The notes below the pieces were generated by a model that saw only the letters and a program-made list of their open reading frames with translations, had not been told where the DNA came from and did no database searches. The position numbers and the translations under genes are program-made. From Macrostomum lignano (Eukaryota), in assembly GCA_002269645.1 (NCBI GenBank), contig NIVC01005219.1:1-20760 (forward strand): a stretch of 20,760 nucleotides of DNA, read 5' to 3'. Of the stretch, positions 1 through 20,760 are shown in pieces; position 1 is the stretch's first letter; every line of letters starts with the position of its first letter.

Positions 1-1171
1 GCCCTTCTGACAATGGACTGCTAATGATAATGGATACCGATTGTCTGCCATTTTCTAAGGGAAACTTCACTGCCGCGCCGAGGATTTTGTTTCACGAATA
101 GCTCGACTGGTCACTGGAATACGGACGTTCAGAAGGCCGACAGGCTGTCTATCTTTGCTGTCTAACTGACTATCTCCGCACTGAATGTCTCTGCAGCTTG
201 CTAGACGCTAGTGAACGCTAAGTAGAGAGAGAATTGAGACTTCTACTACACTTTTGTCCCGACTTTTTGCTGTTCTAAATTCTCCTTTTTTAAAGAACAT
301 ACACATGTAAATTAAAAGTTGTGGATTACATGTATACTCAAGCAACATTGAAAAGTCGCCACCCTCCGTCTAATATACTAAAAATGAAAATCTTGCTTGC
401 TTTTATGTTTGTATCCTAGATACTAAAAATGGTCTGTCGGTATCTAGATAGGTAGGCCGTATGTAATCCATTTCAGAAATCTCAAACGTGGCGACCTTTA
501 AATGTTGTTGAGTATATATGGCGATAGATTTATGCATGTATCTTGCAGTTTTCTAGATTTTCAGTAAAATATGTCAACATACAAGTATAGCAATTTCGCA
601 AGCAAGCATAAAAAGTTTCGCAATTTCTTTGCGTACAGTGCCTAAATCTATAGGTCACATCATGGTTGGCGATAGTCGCCTAAAAAGCGGAAGTTTGAAC
701 TGTCTGTCAGAGAAAAACTGCCATGTTTTCTTGCATTACAGTAACGCAAAGATTAATCGAGGAATAGTTTGCTTAGCAACGAGTCAGCGACATGTAGCTT
801 GTACATACTAAAGAGCAGCTATTCTACGTTGGCTTTTTCTTAGACAAATATTTAACCAAAACTGATGAAAAATTCATCCTTGGCTGGCTTGATACTGCAT
901 GTGAGCCTCTTTTTTTCTAATTGTAAGTTTCTCATCATCAGTGCTGTGCTGCTTTCCCTACTTTTGCGCGACAAACTGCCGTTATCAGCTGTCTGTCACA
1001 TCTTTAGAATCCACTTAATACGAGCGAATGCATGTTTGCCATTGAATCAATATTTCAGTGTGTAGCTCATATTTGGCCTGCTTCTCAAGCCACCTCCAGC
1101 GGGATGATAGAAAATGTTAGCTCTTAAGATATGCCATATAGGCAGCTAACAAGTTTAAACCAAAGATCATA

Positions 1172-1390
1172 TCTCTTATCTCTTATATCTAAAGCTGAGT
1201 GGATCGATCGATCGGGCCGGGTTTAACGCGTATCTCCTCCTAGACGGCTGGCAACTCAAATGCGAGACTTATATCTATCAATGCAGAATTTTCCTACGCA
1301 ACAAATAGGCTATTTTAATGTTGAAAATTTAAAAGTTATATACATATATACACAAGATGGGCCACTCATTAACCACTCATGTGGCCATAG
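1172..1390 (+). mobile_element. Possible non-autonomous Helitron-like 5' end
   Basis: A|TCTCTTATCTCTTATATCTAAAGCTGA, a short (GATC)n, then AACGCGTATCTC; resembles the recalled layout of Lep1-type elements; no convincing CTAG 3' end found. Confidence 0.3.
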
Positions 1391-1504
1391 AAGCAAATGT
1401 AAAAAATTTTGCAACTCGCGACAGCGCGAAAATCAGCTACTGAACTCAATTTCGTCAGTAGTCTCTGCAGTGCATGCATCATTCTTAGTTTGATTGAGTA
1501 GCTT

Positions 1505-1510
1505 TTTATT
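1505..1510 (-). terminator. Candidate polyadenylation signal of the SLC6 gene
   Basis: AATAAA on the minus strand about 330-440 nt downstream of the candidate stops; AT-rich context, so chance is possible. Confidence 0.35.
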
Positions 1511-1952
1511 CAATTCATGGGAAGTTCTATTAATTCTCAAAATATAGTGTCAATGTCCCTAAGCTACTGAACTCAAATTTATAAGCAACCCAATGTCGGC
1601 TTTTTCGCACAAGTGACGACAAACAGCGGTCGCGCTTTCCCAATTACCGCCATACAAAGTGGCCTATCTACGGAATATAAGGTCTATGGTTTAAACCAAT
1701 AAAGTGTCATAACAGTTTAAACATGACATACACATGTCTTACTTTCACTTATGGCAAACAAGATTTCGTAGGCAACCGTTCAAAATCAAACAATGTTTTT
1801 ATCTACGTAGGCTGAAGCTGTTTGGTGTCCAAAACTGTCATAGTTTCTCATTTTTTGCTTCACTTCGTTTTACATTGCTGCTGGTCTCGACGATGCTATA
1901 ATATACGCTCGTATGGATTCGCCGAGAGCGATCCTTACCTAGTCGGTTCTTT

Positions 1953-16932
<14,980 letters not shown>

Positions 16933-18395
16933 CTGTTAGTCAGTTAATTTCAATAAGTAAGGAATTATCTATAAATTGCTTTCAATATTTGCATGGAATA
17001 TCACTTTTATCGCAATCAAACGGTGATTCATTTCAACTGATCGCTAAAAAAGTGTCTTTAACGCAGAACTTCATTTTTTGTGCAAAAATTATATTACAAT
17101 TTATAGCCAGTACAATTATCCAGAAAACTTTTTGTGAAACTATAAGCTATATCCTATTCATATTTTCGATTATTAATTTGCACCATAGTTTTTTGTTGTA
17201 TTTTGCATGTTTTGTGGCTTTACCTAAATGAAGCAATAATAAAATAAATAAATAAGTCTTCTATTTACAGAAAATAAAAGCTTGAACATATTATAAAGAA
17301 ATTTCTGACTTTTTAAGTAAGAACCATAAATTTTTAACCTGAAAAGTGTTATATTATTTAGATTATTTAACTAAAAAATTATAAACCAAAAATATCTCCA
17401 AAAGTACCCAAAGCAAAACTTCTAAGGCGCCTTGAGGAATATCAAATTAAAGCAGGCTAAAATAATTACTTACATTAATCTTTTGGCAACTGAAACATCA
17501 ATTCAAAAGTGTTTCGTACATTAAAAAAACAAATTTGCTTAAAATATTACCTCCAATTCATCATTGATTGGAGCAGTAGGTTTGTCACGGAAACTCATGT
17601 TTGCTTGCGAGCTGCCAGAAAATTACAGGTCCTTTTTTTAACCGATTGGAGCAGCTTTGTATCTGAAATCTGCAATGCTCGTAAATTTTCTAGAAAATCG
17701 GCTTAAACGCACAATCAGTTATTTTAGTATCAACGCATGCACAGAGCCAGACTGTAAAACTAAGTCTGCTTTTAATGCATCACGGAGTCGAAAAGCCATT
17801 CAGAATCTTAAATTTTTGTATTTGCTATCGTGAGAAGTGAGTGATATACTTTGAAGCAAAAGAAAAATGTAAATATTACAAATTTTAGCAAGCGGCTGTT
17901 TATTTTATCCGTGCCGTAGTTTAGAATAGATTTTACTATATATTTTGTTATACATGTTGCTTTGCACGGTATAATATTTAGTTGAAATTTTAATTCGTTG
18001 ACAATATGCTTTGCACAGTTCCAAATGGTTAATTATAAAATGGTTCCTTTTTTAATATTTTAGAACGGGGTAAACTTATGAACTAAGTTGTAATGAACAT
18101 ATACAAAAATATTCCAATAATGATTGTTTTCCCCGCTTCCTTATACGACATTAACAAGCCGTGTGCCCTAAGTATTTGTTATTTTCTTTATTTGATTAAA
18201 ATAAGTATTGAAAGCGTTTAGTAACAGAATTAAACGCACAAAAATTCATTCCTGACAATGAGAGGTCTGTCAAAATGTGGGCTTTCTATATATTTGCACA
18301 GACACGTATATTTTTGTTTTACACACACTGTGTCACTATATATAAGTGAGAAACACAGCTGTCAGCTGAATAATTTTTGATAAAATACAACACTT

Positions 18396-18401
18396 TTTAT
18401 T
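18396..18401 (-). terminator. Candidate polyadenylation signal of the upstream paralog (another at 18187-18192)
   Basis: AATAAA on the minus strand downstream of 19057; very AT-rich region. Confidence 0.25.
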
Positions 18402-19056
18402 AACTACTTGATGCTGAAAGCAGAATAAAATAGAGCGAATGTCTAACAGAGAGAAAACTTAGTAAAATATTTTTGAGAGACAGTACAGCAAAACTACACA
18501 ACTGTTGCACGAACGATATTTAATGTTTAAAAAGGGACGACACGATGACCATTTTTAACACTGCTTAATTAAGGCGTATTTGACGAATCTACAAAAAGTA
18601 TATGTTTGATGGATACTAATTTCCCACACGATAAAAAATAAAAGAATTCCAGCTGACGGCAAGCATGCTGAATTAAATTTGCAAAACAAATAACAGAAAC
18701 CAATGTGTCAAAGCTGAAAAAGCAACAATTAAACCAAGGGTTGTTCACTTTGTTAAAATGATCATTTTTCTGTTTTTTTCATTTTTTCATTTTGTTACTT
18801 GACGTCCAGCAGAGGATCTTGTTGAAATCTCGGCTGTTCTAATTAAAATGAATGAATAGGGTAAAAATTGTGATGCGCTGTCTCGATCGAACTGAACTGC
18901 TTCTACGCGTTTGCCAAACGAAACTGCGAAAGGAGCAGCAGCAGCAGCTTTGAGTAACGCTGAGCACACGCCGAGATGAACCTAATGATCGAGAGACGAG
19001 GGAACGCTCTGTTGGTCCCGTCGATCTCTCGTCAAAGTCCCAACCGGTTCGGATCC

Positions 19057-19179
19057 CTAAACATTGACGCCACCGCCTCGAAGGATTCGCAAGAAACGCG
19101 AATCGGTAGACGCGCCAATGTTAGCCCCGTTGTTGCTGACGCCGGAGACACTCTGGAGCACAGAGTTCGTCAGCGGTTG
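19057..19179 (-). CDS. Last coding exon of the upstream SLC6 paralog
   Basis: TTGCAG|QPLTNSVLQSVSGVSNNGANIGASTDSRFLRILRGGGVNV* (TAG 19057-19059); homologous to 1953-2072. May extend further (RDPNRLG) if one T is removed. Confidence 0.75.
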   Translation of the reverse strand, partial: QPLTNSVLQSVSGVSNNGANIGASTDSRFLRILRGGGVNV

Positions 19180-19862
19180 CTGCAACAGGTTTGTTTTAAA
19201 AAGATCACTTATCCGGTCCCGTAAGAATATAGACGCTTGCTACGAGTGTCAGTCGTCAATTTGAACAGAACAGTGCCTAAAAATAGTCAAGGACTACTCA
19301 AGTACAAGGACGGGAAACCACGTTTCTTGGAACATTTTAGGAGGCTGGTTTATGGAGATAGGAGGTTTCACAAAAATCGTTATTGCTTCTGATATAAAGG
19401 AGACCCAATGCTTATCTTTTGATATGCTTTGCATTTCTTAACAGGCTCTATTGATATTCATAAAGCTTTTAGTTTGAAAATTAGGATTCTGCGTACAATC
19501 TTACATTTACTGTGTCTAAAATGGTAAAAACCTGGCTCCGTAAATTTTCCAAGAAGCGTAGTTTCGCGTCCTTCTACCTGAGTAAGTCTTTGACTATTGA
19601 CTACAATGTCGAAGGTTTTCAAGCCAGCGTTCCACTCTACAACAGTGTGCTGAAAGATTAGAAAATTCCTATTTTTATGATCCTGCATGGTTTGGTTGAC
19701 ATGTTGACACGACGCAAATCAAACGGACAGTCGTTCCAAAGCCAGCGAACACACCAACAGTCATAACAGATACGTACGCAGGCACACACTCCCACAGGAT
19801 GCATCCATTCTTGGTTATCAAGCGCACGAGCCTCTAAAATTTGATCCATTGACGTTACTCAC

Positions 19863-19987
19863 CTGGGACGTCTCGAACGGCAGTCCGTCGCCGTTCATGT
19901 CTTCGTTGCCGACTCTGGAACGGCGGCGGACCTTCTTGCATCTCGCGGCCCCAGCTGCGGTGGGGCAGCATCAGGCTGTGTATCTTT
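19863..19987 (-). CDS. Penultimate exon of an upstream tandem SLC6 paralog, with apparent indels; rest of the gene lies beyond the window
   Basis: CAACAG|..KIHSLMLPHRSWGREM, shift, KKVRRRSRVGNEDMNGDGLPFETSQ|GTGAGT; aligns with KIYHLLLPHPPWGRELGRRNRRESR...FESQ at 2339-2464. Confidence 0.75.
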
Positions 19988-20040
19988 CTGTTGGAAATAA
20001 GAAAGAGTATGACTGAGCATGCTTAAAAGAACACTTGGTC

Positions 20041-20170
20041 TGGGCGCGTCGCCACCGGGGGGGGACAGAGGGGACATGTCCCCCCAGTAAAATCTCTGGG
20101 GGACATGCCAATGCTTTGTTCCCACCCCATCTGTGTAATCAATAATGTTTCTTCAGGGCGGCCGAAATAT
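20041..20170. mobile_element. Possible terminus of a non-autonomous DNA transposon (MITE-like) leading into the 21-bp array
   Basis: GC-rich GGCGCGTCGCCACCGGGGGGGGACAGAGGGGACATGTCCCCCC with a GGGGACATGTCCCC palindrome, a layout recalled from TIR and subterminal regions; the other end is not visible. Confidence 0.35.
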
Positions 20171-20760
20171 AGCGCCTTCGGCGCCAAAATGAGTCCTTCG
20201 GCGCCAAAAATGAGTGCCTTCGGCGCAAAATGAGTGGCCTTCGGCGCCAAAATGAGTGCCTTCGGCGCCAAAATGAGTGCCTTCGGCGCCAAATGAGTGC
20301 CTACAGCGCTAAAATGAGTGCCTACAGCGCCAAAATGAGTGCCTGCGGCGCTAAATGAGTGCCTGCGGCGCTAAAATGAGTGCCTACAGCGCTAAATGAG
20401 TGCCTGCGGCGCTAAAATGAGTGCCTACAGCGCTAAAATGAGGGCCTGCGGCGCTAAATGAGTGCCTACAGCGCTAAAATGAGGGCCTGCGGCGCTAAAA
20501 TGAGGGCCTGCTGCGCTAAAATGAGTGCCTGCTGCGCTAAAATGAGTGCCTGCTGCGCTAAAATGAGTGCTGCAGCGCTAAATGAGTGCCTGCCGGCGCT
20601 AAAATGGTGCCTACAGCGCTAAATGAGTGCCTGCGGCGCTAAAATGAGTGCCTACAGCGCTAAAATGAGGGCCTGCGGCGCTAAAATGAGTGCCTACAGA
20701 CACCAAAATGAGTGGCCTGCTGCGCTAAAATGAGTGCCTGCAGCGCTAAAATGAGTGCCT
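20171..20760. repeat. 20-22-bp CpG-containing minisatellite, about 28 copies, running off the window edge, in an intron of the upstream paralog
   Basis: Unit CTTCGGCGCCAAAATGAGTGC grading into CTGCGGCGCTAAAATGAGTGC and CTACAGCGCTAAAATGAGTGC. Confidence 0.96.

Noticed and set aside
1-1100. Short ORFs at 629-811 and 865-1065, and a GC-richer block at 1-230
   Set aside because: No domain-like features or consistent splice structure; stops in all frames of the 1-230 block
16950-18780. AT-rich intergenic region as a defined promoter
   Set aside because: No motif distinguishable from background; the TSS cannot be placed from sequence alone
19062-19085. LRILRGGG resembling a ubiquitin-like LRLRGG C-terminus
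   Set aside because: No preceding beta-grasp fold; it lies within the SLC6 tail and the sister copy reads KLVRGGG
19863-19898. MNGDGLPFETSQ as the first coding exon of the SLC6 gene (ATG at 19898, phase-0 splice to 16932)
   Set aside because: The exon is homologous to SLC6 exon 10 and is followed by a homolog of exon 11, so it belongs to the 3' end of an upstream paralog

Overview
Eukaryotic (invertebrate animal) genomic DNA with GT-AG introns; every gene found is on the minus strand. (1) An 11-coding-exon SLC6/NSS Na+-coupled amino-acid transporter gene, GlyT/proline-transporter-like, at about 16932->1953 (or ->1838). (2) A 4-exon BTB-BACK (BTBD17-like) gene with an N-terminal (CAG)17 polyQ, nested in the same orientation inside the 6.9-kb intron 4 of that transporter (11056->6999). 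(3) The last two exons of an upstream tandem SLC6 paralog (19987->19057), whose body lies beyond the right edge. Introns carry six unrelated tandem arrays, including a 2.1-kb (TTAG)n microsatellite that itself supplies the 5' splice site, plus two copies of a tRNA-derived SINE; a seventh array lies in the paralog's intron. Main observations: same-strand nesting; atypical Cl-/Na+ site residues; a short C-terminal tail motif strongly conserved between the two paralogs; and 5-7 small indels confined to terminal or penultimate exons. The indels are most simply assembly errors, but degeneration or recoding is not excluded. Exon models were built by hand from splice signals, frame and recalled family motifs; no database search was run.
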